From positions 8,181-72,180 of the forward strand of contig JAQTMM010000001.1 in assembly GCA_028714335.1 (NCBI GenBank): a stretch of 64,000 nucleotides of DNA, given 5' to 3'. Positions 44,632 to 54,065 of this stretch are shown piece by piece. Source of the stretch: Dehalococcoidales bacterium. Its GTDB lineage: Bacteria; Chloroflexota; Dehalococcoidia; Dehalococcoidales; RBG-16-60-22. A program made the position numbers and the translations under genes. The notes under the pieces were generated by a model, which saw only the letters and a program-made list of their open reading frames with translations, had not been told where the DNA came from and searched no databases. How positions within the stretch are numbered: position 1 is the stretch's first letter; each line of letters opens with the position of its first letter.

Positions 44632-45101
44632 AACTTGCCGATTAGCAAATCGTAGGTGTCGGATAAAGCCTGCGGGATTACCTTGGTATCGCCGAGCACC
44701 GGCATAAAATTATTATCCCCCTGCCAGCGCGGCACGATGTGGCTGTGAAAATGGTCCTCGATGCCGGCACCAGCTACCCTGCCCAGATTCGCCCCAACAT
44801 TAAAGCCGGCGGGATCATATACTTTTTTCAGCACAACGACGCCGTGGCTGACTAATTCATAATGCTCGTTACGCTCGGCTTCGCTAAGCTCTTCCATGTT
44901 GCCGGTATGGCGGTAAGGCGCTATCAAAAGGTGGCCGGGATTATAGGGGTAGCTGTTGAGCATGATAAAGTTGTGCTTGCCGCGGTAGAGGATATAGTTG
45001 GCATTATCAGCGGTTTCTTTGGGCTTATCGCAAAGTATGCAGCCGGCAGGTTTTTCGGCGCGGATGTATTCAATGCGCCACGGCGCCCAGACGTATTTCA
45101 T
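44628..45101 (-). CDS. HIT family nucleotide hydrolase/phosphorylase (Ap4A phosphorylase-like)
   Basis: 157 aa with N-terminal WAPWRIEYI and histidine triad HFHSHIVPR. Confidence 0.85.
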   Translation of the reverse strand: MKYVWAPWRIEYIRAEKPAGCILCDKPKETADNANYILYRGKHNFIMLNSYPYNPGHLLIAPYRHTGNMEELSEAERNEHYELVSHGVVVLKKVYDPAGFNVGANLGRVAGAGIEDHFHSHIVPRWQGDNNFMPVLGDTKVIPQALSDTYDLLIGKF

Positions 45102-45166
45102 CGTAAAATCTCCACAGGGTTTCGCTCCTGATATTCTAGTCGCTTGCCAGGCTGCGCGTCAACAAG

Positions 45167-46288
45167 CTATATGACCTGATTTGCTTTTAACTTGGACATC
45201 TCTGGTTTGGTAAGCCCAAGCAGTTTGCCGTAGACATATTCGTTATCGGCGCCGGGCGAAGGCGCGGGTTTTTTGTATTCGGCTCTAGCCGCTGACATCC
45301 TAAACGGAACTGCATCAACCAGCGGCGCGATGCTGCTCTTAATAAAGAAACCGCGCGCTTTAAGCTGGGGGTTTTTAGTTAAGTCTCTAGCGTCCTTTAT
45401 AATGCCTCCCGGTACGCCGCTCCTCTGGAGGCGGGACATCACCTCCGTCGCGGTATATTGCTGTGTCCATCCGGTTACCATTATATTCAGTTCTTCGCGG
45501 TTGTTCAGGCGGCCGGATAACGTGGAAAACTTAACGTTTTCCGCCCAGATGGGATTCCCCAGGGCTTTTTTAAGACCGCGCCACTGCGCCTCGTTGGTGA
45601 TAGACAAAACGCACCAGCGGCCGTCACGGCAAAGATAAATGTTTTGGGGCGCTGATAGCGGCGAATTATTCCCGAGGGGTGTAAATTCATCGAACGGCAG
45701 CATTTGTATCATTATGTCAACTTCTGAAAGGTCGATGTGCTGCCCTTTGCCGGTTTTGCGCCGTTGCTCCAGAGCCTCCATCAACTTTATGGAAGCATAC
45801 AGCCCTGCCACGTGGTCGGCGTAAGAGAATCCGGGGCCAAGGGGCGGCCCGCCGGGGAACGATGTAAAGTGCGTCATGCCGGACAAAGCCTGAACAGTAG
45901 CGCCAAAACCGTTGTAGCTGCTCTGTTTGCCCATCACCGACAGGCTAACCAGAATTATCTCCGACTTCGACTTTTTAAGGTTATCATAATCCATGCGCCA
46001 GTTGGCCAGGACACGCGGGGAAAAGTTCTCCACTACCACGTCGCAGATTTGGGCGAGGCGGCGGGCTAAAGCGACACCCTCCAGCCGATTGAGGTTTAGA
46101 GTGATGCCCAGCTTGTTGCGGTTCCATGTTTTATAATAGCCGCGGGCAAAAGCGTTATTCTCCATCGCCATCACCGGCGACTGGACCTTAATGACCTCCG
46201 CCCCAAAATCCGCCAGCAGCCGCGTGGCATAAGGGCCTGCCAGCGCCCAGGTGAAGTCTAGTATGCGGATATTATTTAATATACTCAT
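45167..46288 (-). CDS. Family III CoA-transferase (CaiB/BaiF type)
   Basis: 373 aa with IRILDFTWALAGPYATRLLADFGAEVIKV and a full-length-type C-terminus. Confidence 0.85.
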   Translation of the reverse strand: MSILNNIRILDFTWALAGPYATRLLADFGAEVIKVQSPVMAMENNAFARGYYKTWNRNKLGITLNLNRLEGVALARRLAQICDVVVENFSPRVLANWRMDYDNLKKSKSEIILVSLSVMGKQSSYNGFGATVQALSGMTHFTSFPGGPPLGPGFSYADHVAGLYASIKLMEALEQRRKTGKGQHIDLSEVDIMIQMLPFDEFTPLGNNSPLSAPQNIYLCRDGRWCVLSITNEAQWRGLKKALGNPIWAENVKFSTLSGRLNNREELNIMVTGWTQQYTATEVMSRLQRSGVPGGIIKDARDLTKNPQLKARGFFIKSSIAPLVDAVPFRMSAARAEYKKPAPSPGADNEYVYGKLLGLTKPEMSKLKANQVI

Positions 46289-46359
46289 ATTATGTATCTA
46301 GTCTTAACTGCCCCATCTATGTTATAATAAATAGCTGAAATACGTTTAAGGATATTTAC

Positions 46360-46491
46360 ATGGCCACCAAACAAGCTAAAACCGAAAAACCTCAAAAAGA
46401 CCTGAAAACCTTTATTGAGAACGTCAACAAGAGAGACAAGACTAACGGCTTAAAGATAACCTTCGGCTTTACCAAGCGCAAGAGGAAGTAA
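46360..46491 (+). CDS. Possible small basic protein (43 aa), not in the supplied ORF track
   Basis: My translation is MATKQAKTEKPQKDLKTFIENVNKRDKTNGLKITFGFTKRKRK. SD aagga lies 7 nt upstream and TATAAT-like gttataat lies further upstream. Confidence 0.35.
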   Translation: MATKQAKTEKPQKDLKTFIENVNKRDKTNGLKITFGFTKRKRK

Positions 46492-46497
46492 GCCTTT

Positions 46498-47511
46498 TTA
46501 AGTTTTTACCCTCCTTTTTCTTTTCTTTTTACCCTCAAACGGCTGTTCGTCCATAAAGTCCGGGCGGTAAGTATCCGTTGATTCCATGTCCTGCAGCCAG
46601 CCGTTTTCTATGCCCAATTTCTCCGCCAAATCAACCACCTGCTGGTATTCCTGCGGTGTTATCTTGCGATTCAATTCTTCGTATTTATAGGCGCGGTGGG
46701 TGGGGTAATACTGCGCCATGATGCTGACTGTCATATTAGGCGAAACCTCTTTAACCAGCCACTCTAAAGATTCGGTGCTGCCGGCGGTATCTTCAGGGAG
46801 GATAAGGTGGCGGACGATAAGCCCCTTTTGAGCGATGCCGTCTTCATCCAAAGCAAGGTCGCCGACCTGCCGCTGCATCTCAAGAATAGCGGCGCGGGCA
46901 TGGGCAACGTACCGCCTGACGTGAGAATAACGCTTAGCCAGCTTGTTATCCGCGTAACGGATGTCGGCGAGGTAAACGCTGATAATACCATCCAGTTCCT
47001 TTAAAGTCTTTAACGAGTCGTAGCTGCTGGTGTTATAGATCAACGGCAGGTGCAACCCCATCGGGACGGCCTCGACTAAAGCGCCGATAATCTGGGGTAC
47101 GAAGTGGGATGGGGTTACCAAATTGATGTTGTGGCACTTGAGTTCGTCCTGCAGGTAAAGCATATGCCGCGCTAATTGTGAGACGGAAATTTCGTTTTTC
47201 TTTTGTGCCAACGGCGATTGGCTTATCTGGTAGTTCTGGCAGTAAACACAGCGCATGTTGCAATTGCCGAAAAATATCGTCCCCGACCCCCTGGTGCCGG
47301 AGAGGACGGGCTCTTCGCCGTGGTGGGCGCAGTAGGAAGAAACGATTGGTAACGCGCCGGAATGGCAGCGTCCCAGCTTACCATTAAGGCGGTCAACGGC
47401 GCATTCGCGGGGGCAGATATCACAGGCGGACAGCCGCGCGTTAAGAGCCTCCGCGCGGCGCTTAAGCTCGCCGGACTTATAAAGGGCTAGATAACCCGGT
47501 TCAAATACCAC
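46498..47511 (-). CDS. Radical SAM enzyme, PflX-like (putative glycyl-radical-activase-related family)
   Basis: 337 aa with cluster motif CNMRCVYCQN. An N-terminal Cys-rich segment CDICPRECAVDR...GRCH suggests an extra cluster. Confidence 0.75.
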   Translation of the reverse strand: MVFEPGYLALYKSGELKRRAEALNARLSACDICPRECAVDRLNGKLGRCHSGALPIVSSYCAHHGEEPVLSGTRGSGTIFFGNCNMRCVYCQNYQISQSPLAQKKNEISVSQLARHMLYLQDELKCHNINLVTPSHFVPQIIGALVEAVPMGLHLPLIYNTSSYDSLKTLKELDGIISVYLADIRYADNKLAKRYSHVRRYVAHARAAILEMQRQVGDLALDEDGIAQKGLIVRHLILPEDTAGSTESLEWLVKEVSPNMTVSIMAQYYPTHRAYKYEELNRKITPQEYQQVVDLAEKLGIENGWLQDMESTDTYRPDFMDEQPFEGKKKRKRRVKT

Positions 47512-47512
47512 G

Positions 47513-47914
47513 TTACTTTTTCCTGACCTCTAAAACTAAACCGTCAATCTTCACCACCTCCACCTCCTCCCCTTTTTCTATAGTTCCTTTGGCAACTCTG
47601 GCTTTCCAGTACTCACCCTTAATTTTAACCATGCCGGCGGGGGAAAGCGCTTCGGTGACAATACAGGTTGCGCCGACCATTTCTTCGGCGCCGGTAAGGA
47701 CGCGACGCCGGATAGCGGGGATTACTGCTTTGTGCATGAGAAAGATAAAGACAAGCATCACAGCAACAACAATTAAAATCAGCTGCCAGGTAAATTCAAC
47801 ATCGAACAACCACAAGCCGAGGAAGATAACCGCCAGTATCAGAATGTCGTCCAACAGTGACGCGGCGACAATGATCCATGCTTTAAGTAAAGACATTTCA
47901 CCTTTTTTGTTCAT
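47513..47914 (-). CDS. NfeD-family membrane protein (short form with C-terminal OB fold)
   Basis: 133 aa with an N-terminal TM hairpin, then GATCIVTEALSPAGMVKIKGEYWKARVAKGTIEKGEEVEVVKIDGLVLEV, typical of the NfeD C-domain. Its stop lies 1 nt before the radical SAM start. Confidence 0.8.
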   Translation of the reverse strand: MNKKGEMSLLKAWIIVAASLLDDILILAVIFLGLWLFDVEFTWQLILIVVAVMLVFIFLMHKAVIPAIRRRVLTGAEEMVGATCIVTEALSPAGMVKIKGEYWKARVAKGTIEKGEEVEVVKIDGLVLEVRKK

Positions 47915-48764
47915 TTTCCGGTCCTTTAACCTGCGCCCAGGGAAAACGCATTAATTGCCCCAGTTCCTCTAATTCGCCCGCCTGATGATTTAACGTCCAT
48001 ATCTCAACTACCTCGATGATGTGGTTGAGGTGCTGGTCGCGGTAGCGTCTATCGCGCCATTTGGCGTCGGTGAGGTCGTCCGCCATGCCCTCGGACACCA
48101 TCAGCTCCACCAGACTATCCCAGCGGTGGTGGATGGTCAATAATATATACCCGTCCCGGCAACGGAAGATGCGAAAGGCGCTGTTCCAATGCAGGCTGCC
48201 CTGCCGCTTGGATACGGTTTTTTCGACCAAATAGCGGGGCAGGATATAGTCAGTCGAAGCCGCCACGCACTCCATGATGGAGATATCCAGATACTGCCCG
48301 ATGCCGGTTGTGTGCATCTGCCACAACGCCAGGAAGATGCCGTTGACGGCAAAGAGCGAGGCGATATTATATGACTGATTCCCAAAGAGCTTTAGGGGCT
48401 GTAATTGCTCGCCGGTAACGGAAAGCCAGCCGCCCATAGCCTGATTTACCAGGTCGCTGGATTTCAGGTTCTTGTAGGGCCCGGTCTGCCCGAAGTGAGT
48501 AATAGAGGCCATGATAAGCTGCGGATTGATTTTACTTAAAACGTCGTAGCCGGCGCCAAGTGAAGCCAGATAACCCGGCGGAAAGGTCTCGATAAGGATA
48601 TCGGCGTTGGTGACAAAGTTGCGAAACCGCTTATCCTCCGGGGCGACGGTGGTTATATGGGCGCCCATATCCGAGAGGAGTTTAATACAGAGCTCGGCCT
48701 TTTCATCCGTCAGGTCAATAACAGAAAAACCGGTGAGAGTATTATCCTTTGACTTATCAAACAT
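47898..48764 (-). CDS. Family III CoA-transferase-like protein, short (lacks about 75 C-terminal residues relative to the paralog)
   Basis: 288 aa with FSVIDLTDEKAELCIKLLSDMGAHITTV (the usual AGP motif is replaced) and ITHFGQTGPY. It ends where the paralog continues. Its 3' end overlaps the NfeD start by 17 nt. Confidence 0.65.
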   Translation of the reverse strand: MFDKSKDNTLTGFSVIDLTDEKAELCIKLLSDMGAHITTVAPEDKRFRNFVTNADILIETFPPGYLASLGAGYDVLSKINPQLIMASITHFGQTGPYKNLKSSDLVNQAMGGWLSVTGEQLQPLKLFGNQSYNIASLFAVNGIFLALWQMHTTGIGQYLDISIMECVAASTDYILPRYLVEKTVSKRQGSLHWNSAFRIFRCRDGYILLTIHHRWDSLVELMVSEGMADDLTDAKWRDRRYRDQHLNHIIEVVEIWTLNHQAGELEELGQLMRFPWAQVKGPENEQKR

Positions 48765-48789
48765 TTTCCAAGTCTATCAGCTAAGGGCT

Positions 48790-50478
48790 TTATTTTTGCT
48801 GCTTTTGAATCTTCGCCCATGTATCCCGCAGCGTGATGGTGCGATTAAAGACCGGTTTGCCGGGGGCGGTATCCGGGTCAACGCAGAAGTAGCCCATTCT
48901 CTCGAACTGGAAGAAATCGCCGGGTTTGGCGTCAGCCAGCGACGGCTCAAGGCGGCACGATTTTAGGATTTCCAATGAATTGGGATTGAGGTAGTCTTTA
49001 TAATCGGCGCCTTCCTCAACGTCCATCGGGTTTTCCTTGGTGAAAAGGTGGTCGTAGAGGCGTACTTCAGCCTCGACGGCGTGCTTGGCCGAGACCCAGT
49101 GCATCGTTGACTGAACCTTACGCCCGTCCGGGGCGTCGCCGCCGCGGGTGGCGGGGTCATAAGTGCAATGCACCTCTACTACCTCGCCTTTGTCGTTTTT
49201 CTCCACACCGACGCAGGTAATCAGGTAGGCGTAACGCAACCTCACCTCACGTCCCGGCGACAGCCGGTAGTATTTAGGAGCCGGCACTTCCATAAAATCT
49301 TCCTGCTCGATGTAGAGGACTTTAGAGAACGACACTTTACGCGTTCCGGCGGCGTGGTCTTCGGGGTTATTTACCGCGTCGAACTCCTCCACCTGGTCGT
49401 CCGGGTAGTTATCTATGACCAGACGCAGGGGGCGTAAAACGCCCATGACGCGGGGGGCGCGCTTATTTAAATCTTCGCGGAGGCAGTGCTCCAGGAAGTT
49501 GATGTCAATGATGGTATTGGCTTCGGAGATGCCGCTGGACTCACAATATAGCTTTAGTGCTTCGGGCGTGTAGCCGTGGCGGCGCAGGCCGGAAAGCGTA
49601 GGCATCCGTGGGTCGTCCCAGCCGGAAACAAAGCCAGTATCAACCAGCGGGCCAAGCACACGTTTACTTACTACGGTGTAGGTCAGGCTGTACCTGCCAA
49701 ATTCGATTTGCTGCGGGTGGAAAATACCAAGCTCATCTAAAAACCAATCATACAGGGGGCGGTGGTCCTTAAACTCCAGCGAGCAGAGGGAATAGGTAAC
49801 GCCCTCGATAGAGTCTTCCAACCCGTGCGCCCAGTCGTACATCGGGTAGATGCACCATTTATCGCCGGCGTGCATGTGCGTGGCGTGCTGAATGCGGTAC
49901 ATCAGGGGGTCGCGCATATTCATATTGGAAGCGGACATATCAATCTTGGCGCGCAGCACCTTGGCGCCGTCAGGGAATTCACCGTTGCGCATGCGTTCAA
50001 ATAAATCCAGATTTTCCTCAATCGAGCGGTCGCGGTAGGGGCTATGCTTGCCCGGGGTTGTAAAGTCGCCGCGGTTCTTGCTGATTTCCTCCGCCGACGA
50101 ATCGTCAACGTAGGCTTTGCCTTTTTTAATTAACTGGACGGCGTATTCATACATTTGCTCGAAGTAGTCCGAGGCGTAAAAGATACGGTCTTTAATGTTC
50201 CACCCCAGCCACTCGATGTCCTTGATAATAGCGTCAACGAACTCCTGCTTCTCGGTGATGGGATTGGTATCGTCGAAGCGCAGGTTGTGATAACCGCCAT
50301 ACTCCTCGGCTAAAGCGTAGCTAATCCAGATAGCCTTGGCGTGCCCGATATGCAGTAAACCGTTGGGCTCGGGGGGAAAACGCGTATTCACCTTGCCGCC
50401 GAACTTGCCCGTCTCGATATCCTGGCGGACAATATCCCGAATAAAGTCTTCTTGTTTTTTCACGTTGTCTGTGTTCAT
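48790..50478 (-). CDS. glnS: Glutamine--tRNA ligase
   Basis: 562 aa with class I HIGH ([12 protein letters not shown]) and a KMSKS-type VVSKR. The C-terminal beta-barrel anticodon-binding region is typical of GlnRS. SD aaggagg lies upstream. Confidence 0.9.
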   Translation of the reverse strand: MNTDNVKKQEDFIRDIVRQDIETGKFGGKVNTRFPPEPNGLLHIGHAKAIWISYALAEEYGGYHNLRFDDTNPITEKQEFVDAIIKDIEWLGWNIKDRIFYASDYFEQMYEYAVQLIKKGKAYVDDSSAEEISKNRGDFTTPGKHSPYRDRSIEENLDLFERMRNGEFPDGAKVLRAKIDMSASNMNMRDPLMYRIQHATHMHAGDKWCIYPMYDWAHGLEDSIEGVTYSLCSLEFKDHRPLYDWFLDELGIFHPQQIEFGRYSLTYTVVSKRVLGPLVDTGFVSGWDDPRMPTLSGLRRHGYTPEALKLYCESSGISEANTIIDINFLEHCLREDLNKRAPRVMGVLRPLRLVIDNYPDDQVEEFDAVNNPEDHAAGTRKVSFSKVLYIEQEDFMEVPAPKYYRLSPGREVRLRYAYLITCVGVEKNDKGEVVEVHCTYDPATRGGDAPDGRKVQSTMHWVSAKHAVEAEVRLYDHLFTKENPMDVEEGADYKDYLNPNSLEILKSCRLEPSLADAKPGDFFQFERMGYFCVDPDTAPGKPVFNRTITLRDTWAKIQKQQK

Positions 50479-50493
50479 ATTGTCCTCCTTCTT

Positions 50494-51963
50494 TTAGTTT
50501 TTCTCCAAAATGGATATCGCAGACTGTATTCTCTTCAGGCATCTTTCTTTACCCAAAGCAGCCATCGTTTCAAAAATGGGCGGGGTGGCATCGCTGGCGG
50601 TGATAGCAACACGTAAGGAATTAAAGAGTTGTCCCGCTTTTATACCCAGTGCTTCAGCGAGTGCTCTCAATGCGCTTTCCAGCTGGTCTTTATCAAAGCT
50701 CGCCAGCGGCGTGAGTTTTTCTTCGGCGCTTTTTAAAGCCTTGAGAGCCATTGCTGTATCGGTCTTTTTATCAACAAACTTGGCGGGGTCATACTGCAGC
50801 TCGTCAACAAAGAAGAAGCTGGCATAGTCCGCCGCGTCTTTGAGCGTAATAATGCGTTCCTTTATCAGCGGTACGATTTGTTTAATGTAGTCAACGTCCA
50901 GTGGCCGCTTAACTTCCGGCGGCAGGTATTTCTCTAAGAAAGGCATAAGCCGGTCGGTCAATTCATCAGGATTCAGGTTGCGGATATAAACGCCGTTCAT
51001 CCAGTCCAGTTTTTCCTGGTTAAAGGCGGCGGCGACTCTGCCCATCCGTTCCAGCGAAAAATTCTCCACTATTTGCTGGTGAGTCATGATTTCCGTCTTG
51101 TCGTCCAACGACCAGCCGATAAGCACCAAAAAGTTAAAAAGCGCTTCCGGCAGGTAACCCATATCACGGTACTCAAGGATAGAGATAGCGCCGCGGCGTT
51201 TGCTTAACTTGGCGCGGTCGGCGCCGACAATCATCGGCATATGCACGTACACCGGTGGGGTGTAGCCGAACGCTTTATACATGAGGAGGTGGCGGGGGGT
51301 GCTGGAAATCCACTCCTCGCCGCGGATGACGTGGGTAATTTTCATCGCCGTATCGTCAACGACGTTGGCGAGGTGATAAGTGGGATACCCGTCCGACTTC
51401 AGCATGACAAAGTCGTCGATGTTTTTATATTCGAACGTGATGTCGCCGTAAATAAGGTCGTGAAAATCGGCATGGCCTTCCAGCGGTACCTTAAAGCGCA
51501 CCACGGGCTTGATGCCCTCGGCTTCTTTAGCCTTACGTTGCTCGGGCGTCAGGTCGCGGCAGGCGCGGTCGTAACCCGTCGGCTGTTTACGCGCTTCCTG
51601 CTCTTTGCGCATCGCCTCAAGACGTTCCGATGAGCAGTAGCAGTAATAGGCATCCCCTTGTGCTACCAGTTTTTCGACGGCTTCTTTATAAAGTGGGAGG
51701 CGCTGCGATTGGTAATAAGGCGCGTAGGGGCCGCCGATACCGGGGCCTTCATCCCAATCCAGCCCCAGCCACTTTAGAGCCTCCATCATGTGCTCTACGG
51801 CGCCTTCTTCCTTGCGCCCGACGTCGGTATCCTCAATGCGCAGGATAAACGTACCGCCGGTGTGCCGCGCCAAAAGGTAATCGAAGATAGCCGTATGGAT
51901 ATTACCGGCGTGAACCTTGCCGGTGGGGCTGGGCGCAAAACGCACCCTGACGGGAACAGCCAT
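50494..51963 (-). CDS. gltX: Glutamate--tRNA ligase
   Basis: Contains RVRFAPSPTGKVHAGN and KLSKR. Start ATG 51963 is preferred over TTG 51969. Confidence 0.9.
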   Translation of the reverse strand: MAVPVRVRFAPSPTGKVHAGNIHTAIFDYLLARHTGGTFILRIEDTDVGRKEEGAVEHMMEALKWLGLDWDEGPGIGGPYAPYYQSQRLPLYKEAVEKLVAQGDAYYCYCSSERLEAMRKEQEARKQPTGYDRACRDLTPEQRKAKEAEGIKPVVRFKVPLEGHADFHDLIYGDITFEYKNIDDFVMLKSDGYPTYHLANVVDDTAMKITHVIRGEEWISSTPRHLLMYKAFGYTPPVYVHMPMIVGADRAKLSKRRGAISILEYRDMGYLPEALFNFLVLIGWSLDDKTEIMTHQQIVENFSLERMGRVAAAFNQEKLDWMNGVYIRNLNPDELTDRLMPFLEKYLPPEVKRPLDVDYIKQIVPLIKERIITLKDAADYASFFFVDELQYDPAKFVDKKTDTAMALKALKSAEEKLTPLASFDKDQLESALRALAEALGIKAGQLFNSLRVAITASDATPPIFETMAALGKERCLKRIQSAISILEKN

Positions 51964-52113
51964 TACCAAACTTCCTCCACAAATTTATGTATTTATTCTA
52001 CCATTCCATCGTAATAAATTGCTATGGAGCGACAAATACAACATAGCGTAAATGACATTATGTTATATGATACAATATAAAGAGAGACATTAAGGGAGGA
52101 AGGAGCAAAGGGT

Positions 52114-52683
52114 ATGGCTAAAGCAGAAAAGGACATGGTTATCAGCGGCGTCAAACCCGTCACTATAATTGTCAGCCGCCAGGTATTCCCCGGCAAGGAA
52201 AAGGAATACAATGAGCTGGCCCGGCAGATGATTGAGGAATCCGCCAAAGTACCCGGCAACTTGGGTGTGACCATGTTAGCTCCGGAGCCAGGCAAAGGGG
52301 GACTACATCACCTTATCTGGCGCTTCGCCGACGAAAAATCCATGCACATCTGGGAAACTTCTTACATACGCCAAAAGCTTTCCCACCAGGCGGACGCCTT
52401 TTCACGCCGCATCCGGCAGGAAGCTACTGGGCTGGAAACATGGTTTGCCATACCGGACTGCCCGGAACTGGAAAGCCCCAAGCCCTGGAAGATGGCGGTA
52501 GTTACGTGGATAGGCGTGTTTTTCGGCTCCTGCCTTATTATATATTTACTGGAATTATTCTGGAAAAGCCCGAATTTCTGGCTATTTAACGGGGTAGTCG
52601 GCGCCATACTGGTAGCCTCGCTAACGTGGGGGATAATGCCGGTTTTGAGCCGGTACGTTTTCAGGAAATGGCTGCATAAGTAG
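52114..52683 (+). CDS. ABM (antibiotic-biosynthesis-monooxygenase-like) domain protein with C-terminal membrane anchor
   Basis: 189 aa. The N-terminal approximately 110 aa look like a ferredoxin-like ABM pattern. Two C-terminal TM helices follow. Confidence 0.5.
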   Translation: MAKAEKDMVISGVKPVTIIVSRQVFPGKEKEYNELARQMIEESAKVPGNLGVTMLAPEPGKGGLHHLIWRFADEKSMHIWETSYIRQKLSHQADAFSRRIRQEATGLETWFAIPDCPELESPKPWKMAVVTWIGVFFGSCLIIYLLELFWKSPNFWLFNGVVGAILVASLTWGIMPVLSRYVFRKWLHK

Positions 52684-52726
52684 TTAGCGTTAGGAAAAAA
52701 TCCTTCGACTACGCTCAGGATAAATT

Positions 52727-52753
52727 AAGAGGGGCTTTACGCCCCTCTTTTAT
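52727..52753 (+). terminator. Rho-independent terminator between convergent genes
   Basis: 9-bp stem aagaggggc / gcccctctt with loop tttac, followed by ttatt. Confidence 0.65.
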
Positions 52754-53953
52754 TTAGTCCTTCTTTTTTGCTGGCGGGGGTCCGGGAGGCCCAATGGGCA
52801 CGTCGGAGTAAAGCGCTTCGTGGGCTTTTTTCAGCCAGCTGGGAATATCAATCTCCTGCGGGCATTTTGAAAGACATTCGCCGCATTCGGTGCACTTATC
52901 GGCGCGCTGGTCCTGCGGTATGCCAAAAGCGCTATTATAAATGAACTTACCATGTTGTACATCGTCGTACATAACAGCGTCGTTATAAATCTGAAAGACG
53001 TTGGGGATTTGCACACTGCTGGGGCAGGGCTGGCAGTACTGGCAGGCGGTGCAGGGGATGGGGCTTAAGCTCCTGTAGGCTTCGGTCATTTTCTTGACCA
53101 CCGCCAGGTCTTCCGCCGTCAACGAACCGGGGCCTTTAAAATCACTGGCCAGTTTAACGTTTTGCTTCACCTGCTCCATAGTGCTCATGCCGCTTAAGGT
53201 CAGGGAGATTTCCGGCTGATTCCAGAGCCAATCCAGCGCCCATTCAACCGCCGGCATCTGGCGTTTGGCTTCTTTGATGACTTTAGCGACGGGGGCAGGC
53301 ATGGGGTCTTTGGAGAGTTTGCCGCCGCGTAGTGGCTCCATAATTACAAGGGCGATACCTTTAGACGCGGCGTACTGCACGCCTTCGCGCCCGGCCTGCT
53401 CGTTTTCGTCCATATAGTTATACTGGACCTGTGACAGTACCCAGTTATCATAGCCGTCAACGATTTGCTTAAAAACATCGGTGGTGTCATGGAAGGAGAA
53501 GCCAAGTCGCCCGAACTTTCCGTCCGCCATCTGCTTTTCCGCCCAGTTGAGGACTTTCCACTCTTTAACCTTGCCCCAGCCTATTTTGTTCAGCCCGTGC
53601 AGCAGATAAAAATCTATCTTATCAACATCTAGTTTCTTAAGCTGTTCATTTAAAATTTTATCAATGTCATCGGGTTTTTCCATGAAATTTACGGGGAGTT
53701 TAGTCACGAGCTTCATCTTCTGGCGGTAGCCATCCTTAAGCGCCTTGCCAACGACGATTTCACTCTGTCCCTGGTGATACATGTAAGCGGTGTCGATGTA
53801 GTTCACGCCGTTATCGGCGGCGTAGCGAATCATCTTGATGGCTTCCGATTCGTCAATCTTACTCTGGTCGCCGTCAATGACGGGCAGGCGCATAGCGCCA
53901 AAACCTAATGCCGATACTTTCCAGTCTAACTTTCCAAATTTACGGTACTGCAT
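52754..53953 (-). CDS. Aldo/keto reductase fused to a C-terminal 4Fe-4S dicluster domain
   Basis: 399 aa with AKR N-terminus MQYRKFGKLDWKVSALGFGAMRLP. The C-terminus has CTACQYCQPCP and CTECGECLSKCP. Confidence 0.85.
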   Translation of the reverse strand: MQYRKFGKLDWKVSALGFGAMRLPVIDGDQSKIDESEAIKMIRYAADNGVNYIDTAYMYHQGQSEIVVGKALKDGYRQKMKLVTKLPVNFMEKPDDIDKILNEQLKKLDVDKIDFYLLHGLNKIGWGKVKEWKVLNWAEKQMADGKFGRLGFSFHDTTDVFKQIVDGYDNWVLSQVQYNYMDENEQAGREGVQYAASKGIALVIMEPLRGGKLSKDPMPAPVAKVIKEAKRQMPAVEWALDWLWNQPEISLTLSGMSTMEQVKQNVKLASDFKGPGSLTAEDLAVVKKMTEAYRSLSPIPCTACQYCQPCPSSVQIPNVFQIYNDAVMYDDVQHGKFIYNSAFGIPQDQRADKCTECGECLSKCPQEIDIPSWLKKAHEALYSDVPIGPPGPPPAKKKD

Positions 53954-54065
53954 GGGTAACTCCTTGTTATTAAAATATGGGGTTCATAATAACGCGATAT
54001 ATCGGGATATTCTAATTCTCATTTTCGCACGTTTATTGGAAAGATGCAACCGTAAAAGTAAAGAA

